A stretch of 64,000 nt of DNA from Nitrososphaerota archaeon (lineage in GTDB: Archaea; Thermoproteota; Nitrososphaeria_A; Caldarchaeales; Calditenuaceae): assembly GCA_041641295.1 (NCBI GenBank), contig JBEPYO010000001.1:1486300-1550299 (forward strand), read 5' to 3'. The position numbers and the translations under genes are program-made. Each line of letters opens with the position of its first letter. Positions within the stretch are counted from its first letter, which is position 1. Below, one piece after another: positions 40,910-51,044 of this stretch. The notes below the pieces were generated by a model. It was not told the DNA's origin, did no database searches, and worked only from the letters and a program-made list of their open reading frames with translations.

Positions 40910-41017
40910 GGTTTTTCGGATGTAGTGGACTCTTATTGTGATATAAGCTTTTCCACAAGTCTTTTATGTGTAGTGGAGTTGACTTTTATATTCCACGCCA
41001 AGTTTTAAGTTGCTGAG

Positions 41018-41917
41018 TTGGGGAGCAGGGGTTCTGGTCTCCTATTCATAGCTCCGGCGACTGTTTACTTGGTGGCTTTAGTCATTTATCCGACAGTGTA
41101 TCTCTACTACATGATCTTCCACTCCCTCAATCCTCTTTTCGACGTTACGCCGAGGTTTGTGGGTCTTCAAAACATCTTCACGTTACTGCAGGACCCCGAT
41201 GCATCATACGCCATACTAGCTATGCTGCTGTTGACGGGGATCACGGTCCCTGTTCAACTTGCTCTCGGATCACTTTTAGCATTGCTATTCACCTCCCCAC
41301 ACCTGAGGGGTAGGCTGCTCCTCCGATCCATAATGCTAATACCGCTGAGCATACCAGCTGTGATAGTTGGTCTAAACTGGAAGATGATCTTCTTCACATA
41401 CGGGCCGCTGAACACCTTCCTCAGCTCAGTCGGGCTCGAGCCGCAGCCATGGCTTAGCGCGCCATTTGGCCACCCGTTCAACACATTCTTCGTCCTAGCA
41501 GTTCTAGACGTATGGCAATGGACCCCCTTTGTTGCCTTAGCTGTTGCTGCTGGCATAGAGAGTATACCACCCTACATACAGGAAGCTGCAGCGCTTGATG
41601 GTGCAACGCGTCTCCAAATGATCAGGCATATAGTTTTTCCACTTAGCAAAACTGTAATAATCATCGTGTTGTTGTTTAGGCTCATCGATTCTTTAAAGAT
41701 CTTCGACATAATCTACATGCTGACATTCGGCGGGCCTGGAAACATAACAACCACTCTGCCGTTCTACATCTATAAGGTTGGCTTCACTTTGACTGCAGCT
41801 AAGGCTGATATCGGATATGCCTCCCTTCTCGCAGTAATTCTTCTCCTGATAGCGACTTTCCTCGTCATGTTTGTTTTGACGCGGGTTCTGAACGTTAGAC
41901 GGGTGGTGTGGGAGTGA
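41018..41917 (+). CDS. Carbohydrate ABC permease (MalF-like)
   Basis: FVGLQN, DVWQWTPF, EAAALDGA, GGPG. Confidence 0.92.
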   Translation: MGSRGSGLLFIAPATVYLVALVIYPTVYLYYMIFHSLNPLFDVTPRFVGLQNIFTLLQDPDASYAILAMLLLTGITVPVQLALGSLLALLFTSPHLRGRLLLRSIMLIPLSIPAVIVGLNWKMIFFTYGPLNTFLSSVGLEPQPWLSAPFGHPFNTFFVLAVLDVWQWTPFVALAVAAGIESIPPYIQEAAALDGATRLQMIRHIVFPLSKTVIIIVLLFRLIDSLKIFDIIYMLTFGGPGNITTTLPFYIYKVGFTLTAAKADIGYASLLAVILLLIATFLVMFVLTRVLNVRRVVWE

Positions 41918-41920
41918 GGG

Positions 41921-42775
41921 GTGTTGGGATTGGATAGGAGGGTTTTAGGACTCGTCATCACGCTTGGCGCATGGAGCCTCGGAGCCATATACCTGCTCCC
42001 CTTCATATGGATGATAGGCACTTCTTTCAAGCCTATAGGCGAGTGGGGGCTGCCCACACTCCTACCCGAAAACCCCACAGGCCAGAACTACCTAGAGATC
42101 CTAGTCACTGGCGGTGTATATGGCGTTAGAGGACACTTCCCTCCGATATTGAGATATCTCCTAAACAGTGTCGTGGTCTCTGTAACTGTTGCAATCTTGA
42201 CAAGCCTCTTAGGCGCATTTACCGCCTATGGCATTCTCAGATACCGCGCGGGCGGCACATTCTTCGCCAACTGGATCCTAAGCCTCCGAATGATACCACC
42301 AGTCGTAATACTCTATCCCCTAGTCGTCCTAACGAAAACTATAGGGCTCTATAACACCCTTGGGGGACTAATATTCGTCTACCCGGTGATAACTCTGCCC
42401 ATAGTCACTTGGTTCATGATTGGTGCCTTCAAGAGTGTGCCGAGGGAGACTGAGGAGGCTGCGATGCTTGATGGCTGCACTCCATTCCAAGTCTTCATGA
42501 AGATCGCGCTTCCACAGGCCTCTATAGGGCTCGCTACCTCGGCGATATTCGCCTTCCTCTTCAGCTGGTCCGAGTTTCTGATTCCGCTCCTCCTAGCGCC
42601 CAGCGAGAGCGCCATGCCACTCACAGCATTCGCCGGCTACTTCTCAAACCAGTACGGAATCTTGTGGGGGCCGCTCTCAGCCGCAGCCGTGATAATCTCG
42701 CTACCCGTAATAGTGATAGCGATAATGATCCAGAAGTATCTGATCAGGGGACTTACGCTCGGCTTCATACGCTAA
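41921..42775 (+). CDS. Carbohydrate ABC permease (MalG-like)
   Basis: EEAAMLDGC, FSWSEFL, QKYLIRGLT. Confidence 0.92.
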   Translation: MLGLDRRVLGLVITLGAWSLGAIYLLPFIWMIGTSFKPIGEWGLPTLLPENPTGQNYLEILVTGGVYGVRGHFPPILRYLLNSVVVSVTVAILTSLLGAFTAYGILRYRAGGTFFANWILSLRMIPPVVILYPLVVLTKTIGLYNTLGGLIFVYPVITLPIVTWFMIGAFKSVPRETEEAAMLDGCTPFQVFMKIALPQASIGLATSAIFAFLFSWSEFLIPLLLAPSESAMPLTAFAGYFSNQYGILWGPLSAAAVIISLPVIVIAIMIQKYLIRGLTLGFIR

Positions 42776-42815
42776 CCGATAAAGGTTAATAGCTGCATCC
42801 ACCACTGTCTAATAT

Positions 42816-43256
42816 ATGACAGATACAAATATCCCCAGCGACGGCTTAACAGATGATGAAGTCAAGGAGATTCTCGTGAAGTCTAAGAGGATCGCCGTCG
42901 TGGGGATGTCGCGTGATCCCCAGAAGGCCGCCAACTTTGTTCCGAGATACCTGATCTCGAAGGGGTATATTGTTTTTCCAGTGAACCCGTCGGCCACTGA
43001 GATTCTGGGGCTGAAGTCCTACAGGAGCCTTTTAGAGCTTGATACGGTTGTTGATGTGGTTGATGTTTTTAGGCCGTCTGAGGAGGTGTTGGGTGTGGCG
43101 GAGCAGGCGCTCAAAATCAGGCCGAAGGTCTTCTGGATGCAGGAGGGAATCTACAACGAGGCGGCTGCCAAGCTCCTAGCGTCTAACGGGATAAAAGTTG
43201 TGTGGAACAGGTGCATGATGCGGGAGCACATGAGGCTCCTCGGCTCTGGGAGGTAG
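42816..43256 (+). CDS. CoA-binding protein (YccU-like)
   Basis: IAVVGMS, PVNP, VDVFRPS, WMQEGI, NRCMM. Confidence 0.9.
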   Translation: MTDTNIPSDGLTDDEVKEILVKSKRIAVVGMSRDPQKAANFVPRYLISKGYIVFPVNPSATEILGLKSYRSLLELDTVVDVVDVFRPSEEVLGVAEQALKIRPKVFWMQEGIYNEAAAKLLASNGIKVVWNRCMMREHMRLLGSGR

Positions 43257-43269
43257 GCGCTGACTCTCA

Positions 43270-44850
43270 CTATTTTTCCTTCACAACCGTCCGGGCCTGC
43301 TCTCTAAGGAAGTTTAGCAGATAGTGCGGCCCTCCGACGCCTCTACCTGTCGCGCCACTTGCCTTCCACCCTACAAACGTCTGGGCTCCTGGCCACGCGC
43401 CCGTTGTTGCGCCGCCGCGCCTGTTGGCATAGCAGACACCGAACTGGATCTCGTCAAAGAAGTACTTGACCTCCTCAGGGTCCTCTGAGAAGATGCCGGC
43501 TGTCAAGCCGTACTCCGTGTCGTTAGCCATCCTGAGCGCCTCTTGGAGTGTCTTGAAGGGTGAGACCAGGAGTATTGGGAGGAAGAGTTCGTCCCTCCAT
43601 AGGTGATGCCCTGCGGGCAGGTCGGCGATTATTGTGGGCTGTACATAGTAGCCGCGGTCGAATATTCCGCCGGACAGAACTTCGCCGCCAAACAATATCC
43701 TACCAGCCCTCCGAGCCTCCTCGACATATTTCTTGAAGTTCTCGACGGCCCGCTTATTGATTACAGGGCCCATGAACGTATCTTTCTCGCGGGGGTCTCC
43801 CACCTTCAGCCTGCTCGTCTCAGCGACAAGCCTATCGAGGAACTTATCGATTATGGACTCTTGGATGTAGAGTCTAGACGTCGCTGAACACTTCTGGCCG
43901 CCATAGCCGAACGCGGCCCTGATAACTCCTGTGACCGCCTTCTCTATATCCGCTTTCTCAGTTACGATTGTGGGGTTCTTACTCCCCATCTCCAGTACGA
44001 TTGGCTTTGGATATGGCTGGCTCGTGAGGAACTTTCTATAAAGCCTCATACCCACGTCCCTCGACCCCGTGAATGCTATGCCCGCCACCCTAGTGTTTGT
44101 CGTGACCTCCTCCTCAAACACGTCGCCCGGCCCTGTAACATAGTTGATGACGCCGGGCGGGACCCCAGCATCCCTGAAGACCTGATATAGGAGCAGACCC
44201 GCGAAAGGCGCCTCACTAGTGGGCTTGAAGACTACCGTGTTACCTGTTATTAGTGCACCCAAGATCATGCCGTTGGCGAGCATGAATGGGAAGTTGAAGG
44301 GAGAGATCACAACCCACGCACCGTACGGCTTAGCAACCATTCTACACTCCTCGCCCGGAGCCCCGGGCCCCATCTCCCTCTCATATCCGTTATTCTTCTC
44401 CATTATGTCTGCGTAGTAGCGTAGAGCGTCTATCGCCTCCCAGCATTCGGCAAGCGCCTCAAACCTATTCTTGCCGACCTCTAGGCATATGACGGCCGCT
44501 ATCTCGAACTTTCTCTCATCAATTATCTCAGCCGCCCTCCGTATAATAGCCACGCGCTCACGCCAGCTCCTCCTAGACCACTCGGCAAAAGCCTTGTCAG
44601 CGGCCTCAATCGCCCTAGCAACATGCTTCCGCTCGGCTTTCTGGAACTTTCCGATAAGAATTGAGGCGTCTATAGGGGACCTGTCCTCGAACTCGCCCGC
44701 CTCCGACCAGACCTCCTCTTCCCCGATATACATTGGGTGGCTCTTGCCAAGCATCTTATCTGTGACTTCCTTGAGAGCCTTCTCGAAGGCTGGGTGTATG
44801 CTAGGGTCGCTCATCAGTGTTACATATGTTATCTTGGCTCCGCTAGACAT
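43270..44850 (-). CDS. Aldehyde dehydrogenase, 1-pyrroline-5-carboxylate dehydrogenase-like
   Basis: ISPFNFP, FTGS, EMGSKN, GQKCSATSR, YGLTAG. Confidence 0.88.
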   Translation of the reverse strand: MSSGAKITYVTLMSDPSIHPAFEKALKEVTDKMLGKSHPMYIGEEEVWSEAGEFEDRSPIDASILIGKFQKAERKHVARAIEAADKAFAEWSRRSWRERVAIIRRAAEIIDERKFEIAAVICLEVGKNRFEALAECWEAIDALRYYADIMEKNNGYEREMGPGAPGEECRMVAKPYGAWVVISPFNFPFMLANGMILGALITGNTVVFKPTSEAPFAGLLLYQVFRDAGVPPGVINYVTGPGDVFEEEVTTNTRVAGIAFTGSRDVGMRLYRKFLTSQPYPKPIVLEMGSKNPTIVTEKADIEKAVTGVIRAAFGYGGQKCSATSRLYIQESIIDKFLDRLVAETSRLKVGDPREKDTFMGPVINKRAVENFKKYVEEARRAGRILFGGEVLSGGIFDRGYYVQPTIIADLPAGHHLWRDELFLPILLVSPFKTLQEALRMANDTEYGLTAGIFSEDPEEVKYFFDEIQFGVCYANRRGGATTGAWPGAQTFVGWKASGATGRGVGGPHYLLNFLREQARTVVKEK

Positions 44851-44950
44851 CGGAATACAGTGGAGTGGAGTCTCGTAAAAGGGTTACGGGTGCCCCTAAG
44901 ACCACACGCGGCGCTCTATCCTTATTAACCTGAAAGCTTCCTAAAACTCG

Positions 44951-46339
44951 ATGGCTCCTATCAAGCTTGCAGTCATAGGTGCTGGGAGCGCCGTCTGGTC
45001 TATCCGACTGATAGGCGATCTGTGCGTTACAAGGGATCTTTGGGGCTCTACAATAGTTTTGATGGATATTGACAAGAGGAGGCTCAGTGTAGTCTACGAG
45101 CTAGCTAAGAGGTATGCGCGGGAGACAGGTGCAGACTACAAGTTCATACATACAGACAACAGAGAGGAAGCGCTTAAGGATGCCGATTTCGTGATTAACG
45201 CAGCCCTTGCTGGAGGCCACCACAACTACGAGGTCCAGAGAAAAGTCGCTGAAGAACACGGTTACTACAGGGGCATCGATGCAGTAGACCATAACATGGT
45301 CTCGGACTACCACGTCTTCGGCGGCTATAACCAGTTCAAACTCTTCACAGACATTCTACTCGACATGGAGCGGCTCTGCCCAGACGCATGGCTCATCAAC
45401 ATAGCCAACCCACTATTAGAGCTCTGCACCCTCGGCACTAGAGTATCCAAGATAAAGATAGTGGGACTCTGCCACGGGCACCTGGGGTACAGGGAGCTGG
45501 CCTCGGTCTTGGGCCTTGACTATAGGCGCGTAACATTCGAGGCACCCGGCCTCAACCACTGCATCTGGCTGACAGACTTCAGGTATGAGGGGGAGAACGC
45601 ATACCCCTTGATTGACGAGTGGATAGAGAAGTACTCGGCCGAGTATTGGCGTAGCTGGCAGCCGGAGTTCTGGGAGACACAGATGTCTCCTGCAGCCGTT
45701 GACATGTACCGGAGATACGGGCTATTCCCTATAGGCGACACTACACGGAGCGGGGGATGGAAGTACCACTACAACCTCGAGACCAAGAAGAAATGGTATG
45801 GACATCTGGGGGGTTTTGACTCCGAACTGGGGTGGGAGGCCTACCTATCATACCTCCGCAAACGGCTTGAGAGGCTTGAGGAGATCGCCTCAGACCCCTC
45901 CAAATCTATCACAGAGGAAGTCCCACCAGTCCTCAGCGACGAGTCCGTAGTCCCAGTGATAAACTCGATACACAACGACAAAGAGGCGATTTACCAAGTG
46001 AATGTCCCTAACAATGGTGTAATACCAGGAATCCCCCATAACGTTGTAGTCGAGGTTCCAGCGGCCGTCTCTGCTAAGGGCGCTAGGCCGGTTCAGGTCA
46101 CACCTCTGCCTAAGAGGGTGATGGAGATGGTGATCAAGCTGAGGATATTCAGGATGGAGCTCGGGCTTGAGGCCTTCCTAACCGGTGACAGGGACGTGCT
46201 AATCGAGGAGCTGCTCAGCGACCCGCGGACGAAAAGCCTAGAGCAGGCCGAGAGGGTGCTGGACGCAATAATGAGTCTTGAATTTAACAGGGAGATGGCT
46301 GAGCACTACAGGAAGAGGGGAAAGGAGCTCGCACTTTAG
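44951..46339 (+). CDS. Glycoside hydrolase family 4 (NAD-dependent alpha-glucosidase/galactosidase)
   Basis: IGAGSA, ANP, GLCHGH, GLNHCIW, PIGDT. Confidence 0.9.
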   Translation: MAPIKLAVIGAGSAVWSIRLIGDLCVTRDLWGSTIVLMDIDKRRLSVVYELAKRYARETGADYKFIHTDNREEALKDADFVINAALAGGHHNYEVQRKVAEEHGYYRGIDAVDHNMVSDYHVFGGYNQFKLFTDILLDMERLCPDAWLINIANPLLELCTLGTRVSKIKIVGLCHGHLGYRELASVLGLDYRRVTFEAPGLNHCIWLTDFRYEGENAYPLIDEWIEKYSAEYWRSWQPEFWETQMSPAAVDMYRRYGLFPIGDTTRSGGWKYHYNLETKKKWYGHLGGFDSELGWEAYLSYLRKRLERLEEIASDPSKSITEEVPPVLSDESVVPVINSIHNDKEAIYQVNVPNNGVIPGIPHNVVVEVPAAVSAKGARPVQVTPLPKRVMEMVIKLRIFRMELGLEAFLTGDRDVLIEELLSDPRTKSLEQAERVLDAIMSLEFNREMAEHYRKRGKELAL

Positions 46340-46343
46340 ACTG

Positions 46344-46907
46344 CTACCACTCCATCGGCCTCCTTGAGAGTATCTCAGCACCGATGTGAGCTTTGTCTAT
46401 GTGTTTGGATAGCTCGTGCGGAGTTCTGAACCTGGCGCCGCAGTAGGGGCATGAGACAACATCCTTCTCGACCTCCGGCAGAATGGATGTCCTAGTTGTC
46501 AGCCCTCCCACAAGGGCCATCAGGGTCAATACTCCCAAGATCTTTTTACCCTCTACAACCACCAGCCTCCTAACCTGTCTAGAAGCCATCAGGGCAATCG
46601 CCTCACTCAGCTTAGCCTTCGGGCTAATCGTTATGAGTGGTGATGACATGATCTCCCTTATCTTGGTGTTGTTTGGGTCGCGCCCCTCAGCCACAACCCT
46701 GTAGAGGATATCCCGCTCAGTAACTATGCCTACAGGATAACCCTCGCGTGAGATCAAGACACTTGTATGTCCACGTGCCCTCATCTCAACAGCAACTTCT
46801 CTAACACTGGCCTCCTCACCCACCACGATAAAGTCTGTAGTCATGTACTTCTCGACTTGCTCGTTTAAAGCCTCCCAGTCGCGCACATGAGTCAATCCGA
46901 AATCCAT
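46344..46907 (-). CDS. CBS-pair protein with C-terminal C2H2 zinc finger
   Basis: GIVTERDIL, IMSSPLIT; CPYC-x12-H-x4-H. Confidence 0.85.
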   Translation of the reverse strand: MDFGLTHVRDWEALNEQVEKYMTTDFIVVGEEASVREVAVEMRARGHTSVLISREGYPVGIVTERDILYRVVAEGRDPNNTKIREIMSSPLITISPKAKLSEAIALMASRQVRRLVVVEGKKILGVLTLMALVGGLTTRTSILPEVEKDVVSCPYCGARFRTPHELSKHIDKAHIGAEILSRRPMEW

Positions 46908-46939
46908 TAATAAATATCTACATCATCCTCGGGGCGGTC

Positions 46940-47608
46940 GTGAAGAGAAGGGTGGCCCTAAGCTGGAGTGGCGGAAAAGACTCTGCGATGGCATTTTATA
47001 CTCTGGCAAATCAGGCAAACCTACACGTAGACACGCTTCTAACCACCTATAACGAGTCGAATAACAGGGCTAGTATGCATGGCGTTAGGCTTGAACTCAT
47101 AGAAAGGCAGGCCGAGAGGATGGGGGCTAGGCTCTTGAAGGTGCCCCTACCCCCGAATTGCAGCAATGAGATTTATTCGGAGAGGATGATGGAGGCCATC
47201 AGGGTCCTTGAAGCAGAGGGGATAAGGGAGATTGTCTTCGGCGACATCTTCCTAGAGGATGTGCGCCGATTCAGGGAAGAGAATCTTGCCAGAGTAAATT
47301 TCCGCGGCATCTTCCCGCTCTGGGGCAGAGATACTCGGGAGCTGGCGAGAGAGTTCCTTAGACTTGGATTTAAGGCAATCATATGTTGTGTTGACACCCA
47401 GCAAGCCCCCGCCGAGCTAATTGGCCTCGAGTATAGCTGGGAGCTATTAGAAAATATGCCCAGCGGAGTGGACCCCTGCGGCGAGAGGGGGGAGTTCCAC
47501 ACATTTGTATATGACGGGCCAATCTTCCGGGAGCCGATACGGGTTGAGAGGGGAGAGACGGTCCTGCGGGATAACAGGTTTCTTTTTCTTGACCTACTCC
47601 CCTACTAG
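46940..47608 (+). CDS. PP-loop ATP pyrophosphatase (Dph6/MJ0570-related)
   Basis: SWSGGKDS, MHGVR, FGDIFLED, DPCGERGEFHTFVYDGP. Confidence 0.88.
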   Translation: MKRRVALSWSGGKDSAMAFYTLANQANLHVDTLLTTYNESNNRASMHGVRLELIERQAERMGARLLKVPLPPNCSNEIYSERMMEAIRVLEAEGIREIVFGDIFLEDVRRFREENLARVNFRGIFPLWGRDTRELAREFLRLGFKAIICCVDTQQAPAELIGLEYSWELLENMPSGVDPCGERGEFHTFVYDGPIFREPIRVERGETVLRDNRFLFLDLLPY

Positions 47609-48178
47609 TTGGGATGGGTTTTGGACGTTGAGAGAATAAACTCGGTTCTGAAGGAGATAGAGCGCCGCGCCAGCAGTGGAAGATACTTCTTCCCAATAAT
47701 AGGGCCTGTGAAGGGAGAGCTCCTATACGCCTTCACACTCCTGGCACAGCCTCTACGAGTCCTAGAACTCGGAACAGGTATCGGATACTCGGCGCTACAG
47801 ATTGCGCGGGCGCTGAAGCCGGGGGCAAAGATCGTGACAGTCGATGCAGACGAGGAAAACGCGGATGAAGCACTGGACAACCTCAGGAGGGCGGGGGTAG
47901 AGGATTTGGTGACCGTTATTGTGGATGAGGCGGGGAGATACCTTCAGAATGACAAGTCTATCTACGACATGATCTTCATGGATATTGAGAAGTCGCGCTA
48001 CCTTGACTTGCTTGAAGACTGTATCTCGAGGCTCAGGCCAAATGGCATACTCGTCGCAGACAACGTGCTATGGCCGGAGCTACGGAGATTCCGTCAGGCC
48101 ATTATGACACATCCACAACTAGCCTCCGCAATAATTCACATTGAGGATGGCGTCTCACTGAGCGTAAAGAAGCTCTAA
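47609..48178 (+). CDS. Class I SAM-dependent O-methyltransferase
   Basis: VLELGTGIGYS, DMIFMD..K..Y, GILVADNVL. Confidence 0.88.
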   Translation: MGWVLDVERINSVLKEIERRASSGRYFFPIIGPVKGELLYAFTLLAQPLRVLELGTGIGYSALQIARALKPGAKIVTVDADEENADEALDNLRRAGVEDLVTVIVDEAGRYLQNDKSIYDMIFMDIEKSRYLDLLEDCISRLRPNGILVADNVLWPELRRFRQAIMTHPQLASAIIHIEDGVSLSVKKL

Positions 48179-49057
48179 AACAGACTCGATCATGACCACT
48201 AGGAATAGTATGGCTAGGTAGGGGCTGGTGAACTTGAATAGAGTCCAAGCGTTTCTTTGGCTTGGTCTTCGAAGAACCTTGAGCGAGAGTGCTAGTAGTG
48301 CGGTTCCCATTATTACTGCTGTGGCTAAGTAAGGCCCCTTCAAGAATCTACCGTCTAACACTGGCAACAAGATGGAGAAAGATACCAAAAGTATAACAGT
48401 CCCTGCTATACATCTAACGGCAACCCTCTCAGGCACGACTGTGGGGAGCATTGGTATCCCGGCCCGCATGTAGTCCTCTCTATACTTTAGGGCGAGGCTC
48501 CAGACATGGCTTGGAATCCAAAAGACCACAAGTAGGCCGAGGATTAACGCGGAGATGTCTATGAAACCGCTTGCGCTTGCATATCCGACTAAGACTGGTG
48601 CGGCGCCAGCGGGGCTTCCGAGCACAATGTTCCAAGCTGTCCTCCTCTTCGTCAGGACCACGTAGACCAAGACGTAGTCAAGTATTCCTAGTAGCATGGC
48701 TAGGAGGGCTGTGAGGTTGAGTAGGCTGGCTGATATCACTAGGGAAGCTGCTATAAGCGCGAGGCCGAATACCAGCGCCTTTTCAGGCGGCTGAATCAAG
48801 CCCCTCGGCAGGGGCCGCCTCCTAGTCCTCTCCATAACCGCGTCAATATCCCTCTCAAGATAGTTTGCCACACTCTCAGCTCCCGCAGACCCGCACACTA
48901 GAGCCAGGATAGAAGCAAGCAGTGTCACGGAGTTTGCAGATCCTCTCAAACCAGCCAGATACCCTGCTAGCCCTACGAAGACCAGGAGCCACCATACATT
49001 AGGCTTCGTGAGGCTAAAGTATGTATGGATTGTCTCTGTAATCGTCGTTGTCCTCAA
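48155..49057 (-). CDS. ctaB: Protoheme IX farnesyltransferase (heme o synthase)
   Basis: LTKP, ERDIDAVMERTRRRPLP, WIPSHVWSLA, DYMRAGIPMLP. Confidence 0.92.
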   Translation of the reverse strand: MRTTTITETIHTYFSLTKPNVWWLLVFVGLAGYLAGLRGSANSVTLLASILALVCGSAGAESVANYLERDIDAVMERTRRRPLPRGLIQPPEKALVFGLALIAASLVISASLLNLTALLAMLLGILDYVLVYVVLTKRRTAWNIVLGSPAGAAPVLVGYASASGFIDISALILGLLVVFWIPSHVWSLALKYREDYMRAGIPMLPTVVPERVAVRCIAGTVILLVSFSILLPVLDGRFLKGPYLATAVIMGTALLALSLKVLRRPSQRNAWTLFKFTSPYLAILFLVVMIESVLELLYAQ

Positions 49058-49145
49058 TGTTCGGGCACCATAGCAATCCAGTGCCGAGCCACTATTTATC
49101 TCGTCTCAAGAAACATTGAGTGTGGCTCGTCATAATCAAAGTTAA

Positions 49146-50339
49146 ATGCTACAGTGGGCGGCAGTTGTTTCGGAAGTGCGTCCTAGTCAGGTCTTGGCTG
49201 GTCAGACAGGGAGGCTCTGGGCATCCTTCCTCTGCTATACGATATCGACCTCCATGACAGGCCCCCTTATAGGGCTCTACGCCTATAGGCTCGGAGCCTC
49301 ACCAGGCGAGATAGGAGTGATATATGGGATAGCGGCGCTCACAACCTTCCTCACCAGACTACCCTTAGCCTCTCTACAGAGTAGGCTGGGTTCAAAATTT
49401 CTAATCAGGGCCGGAGTGATCACCAACTCCACCTCCCTTCTGCTCTATGCACTCTCGCCCTCTATTCCATTCATGTTTGTCGCTAGTGGGCTACGCGGTA
49501 TAGGCTTTGCGAGTTTTCACCCTCCGGCCCTGTCAGAGGCCGTTAGGCTGTCGGGTAATAACCAGCGGCTTGGATGGGTTATGACTGCCCCGCCACTAGG
49601 TATGACACTAGGCCCGCTCTTGTCCTCAACGCTACTGGCATTTCTTAGGGTTAGGCTTGAACCTAGCTTAGCCTATAGCGCCACGTTCATGGCTGGAGCG
49701 GCTCTGTCAGGGATAGCATTCTTCGCTCCTTCTGGTGGAGAAGACCCGCAAGGCAGGCGTCCTTTAGGGATGAGTGAACTTTCCAAGCTCATGAGCAGGG
49801 ACATGATGTTGCTCATCTCTTCTAGATTTTTGCTAAGTTATGTTGTCGGCGCAATCACGGCGATGCTTCCAATTTACTTGGTAGAGAGATCGATTATGTC
49901 AGAGCCAGAGGTGCCGCTACTATTCGCATGGGCCTCCATTTTTAATGTACTCGGCAGACCGCTCTCCTCACTACTAAAGTCTCCAACCCGCGGAATGATG
50001 GCCAGCTCCATCCTCATCACGGCGACGGGTATACTCTTCCTAGCCCCGGCCTTGCCGACAATATTCTCCGCCATGGCCCTCTACGGCCTCTCGCTCGGCC
50101 TCTTCATTCCCTCAAGCCTCCTTGCAGTCCAGTCGCTGACGGAGGGCGCCTCCCTAACTATGGGGATTGCTGTCTTGACACTGTCTATCGACTTGGGCTC
50201 GAGCGTGGGTAGCTTTGGCGCAGGTGTCTTGAGAGGGTGGGTCGAGACGGATTGGATTATCAGCCTCTCCGCGGTTGTGGCGGGTATGGGCTCCCTACTA
50301 CTCATGAGGCGGTTTATGCTGAAAGGGGCAGGGCGATAG
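49146..50339 (+). CDS. MFS transporter
   Basis: About 12 hydrophobic helices in two repeats; G.TLGP motif. Confidence 0.8.
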   Translation: MLQWAAVVSEVRPSQVLAGQTGRLWASFLCYTISTSMTGPLIGLYAYRLGASPGEIGVIYGIAALTTFLTRLPLASLQSRLGSKFLIRAGVITNSTSLLLYALSPSIPFMFVASGLRGIGFASFHPPALSEAVRLSGNNQRLGWVMTAPPLGMTLGPLLSSTLLAFLRVRLEPSLAYSATFMAGAALSGIAFFAPSGGEDPQGRRPLGMSELSKLMSRDMMLLISSRFLLSYVVGAITAMLPIYLVERSIMSEPEVPLLFAWASIFNVLGRPLSSLLKSPTRGMMASSILITATGILFLAPALPTIFSAMALYGLSLGLFIPSSLLAVQSLTEGASLTMGIAVLTLSIDLGSSVGSFGAGVLRGWVETDWIISLSAVVAGMGSLLLMRRFMLKGAGR

Positions 50340-50393
50340 TTTTGGAGCAAGACAAAGCTAAAAGCTAGCAGCCTCCAAGTCTAGCGTGAGCCC

Positions 50394-50654
50394 TTGGAGC
50401 CAGATGAGGTAATCTACCTTATACGCGTAGTGCTTGCCCTTCTTGTGGGCTTCGTCTCAGGAACCATGCCCATCTACTGGATCTACTCTGTCTTAATAGG
50501 AATAGGTGTTTACGCCCTCTCGATCCCGCTGGTTACGGCGCTATATAGTGGCACAGGCTTCATATCTAGGAGGACCGCTGTTACGTCGGGGATGGCTGCC
50601 TACGCCTTTATCTGGCTTATGACGTGGGTGCTTTTCTATAATCTATCAGTTTAA
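50394..50654 (+). CDS. Small three-TM protein, EMC6/Rab5ip-like
   Basis: IYLIRVVLALLVGFVSG and C-terminal GMAAYAFIWLMTWVLFYNL resemble EMC6. Confidence 0.6.
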   Translation: MEPDEVIYLIRVVLALLVGFVSGTMPIYWIYSVLIGIGVYALSIPLVTALYSGTGFISRRTAVTSGMAAYAFIWLMTWVLFYNLSV

Positions 50655-51037
50655 CTCTCTTCTTGCTGGTTCTCCGCCCTCAGCCTATGCGGCGTAGGGA
50701 GGCTCTTAATATTCTTCAATATGAAAGACCAAGCCTCGAAATAGTCGTCGGACTCTAGATTAAGTTGTTTGAGATGTTGCTCTAGGGCTTCTAGGGTCTC
50801 TTTCGCGCTCTTTTGAGGGTCAGGGTCCATAAAGACGCGGTAGATTAGTGAGTCTCTATCATCAAGTTGATACGCGCTAAGCAGGCCTCGCAGTGCGTGT
50901 ATGATGCGCCTCTCCTCGGGGGTCTTGAATTTCTTCTCCATCCTCTCCAAACTCCTCTCTGCCTCGGCGAACTTACCAGCCAAGAGAGAGTTCATGAAGT
51001 TTAGTATCCCCTTCCCCATGTGTTGTGTGCTGCCCAT
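50651..51037 (-). CDS. Helical hypothetical protein downstream of radA
   Basis: 7 nt from radA stop, GGTGAG RBS-like sequence. Confidence 0.7.
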   Translation of the reverse strand: MGSTQHMGKGILNFMNSLLAGKFAEAERSLERMEKKFKTPEERRIIHALRGLLSAYQLDDRDSLIYRVFMDPDPQKSAKETLEALEQHLKQLNLESDDYFEAWSFILKNIKSLPTPHRLRAENQQEES

Positions 51038-51044
51038 CTCTCAC

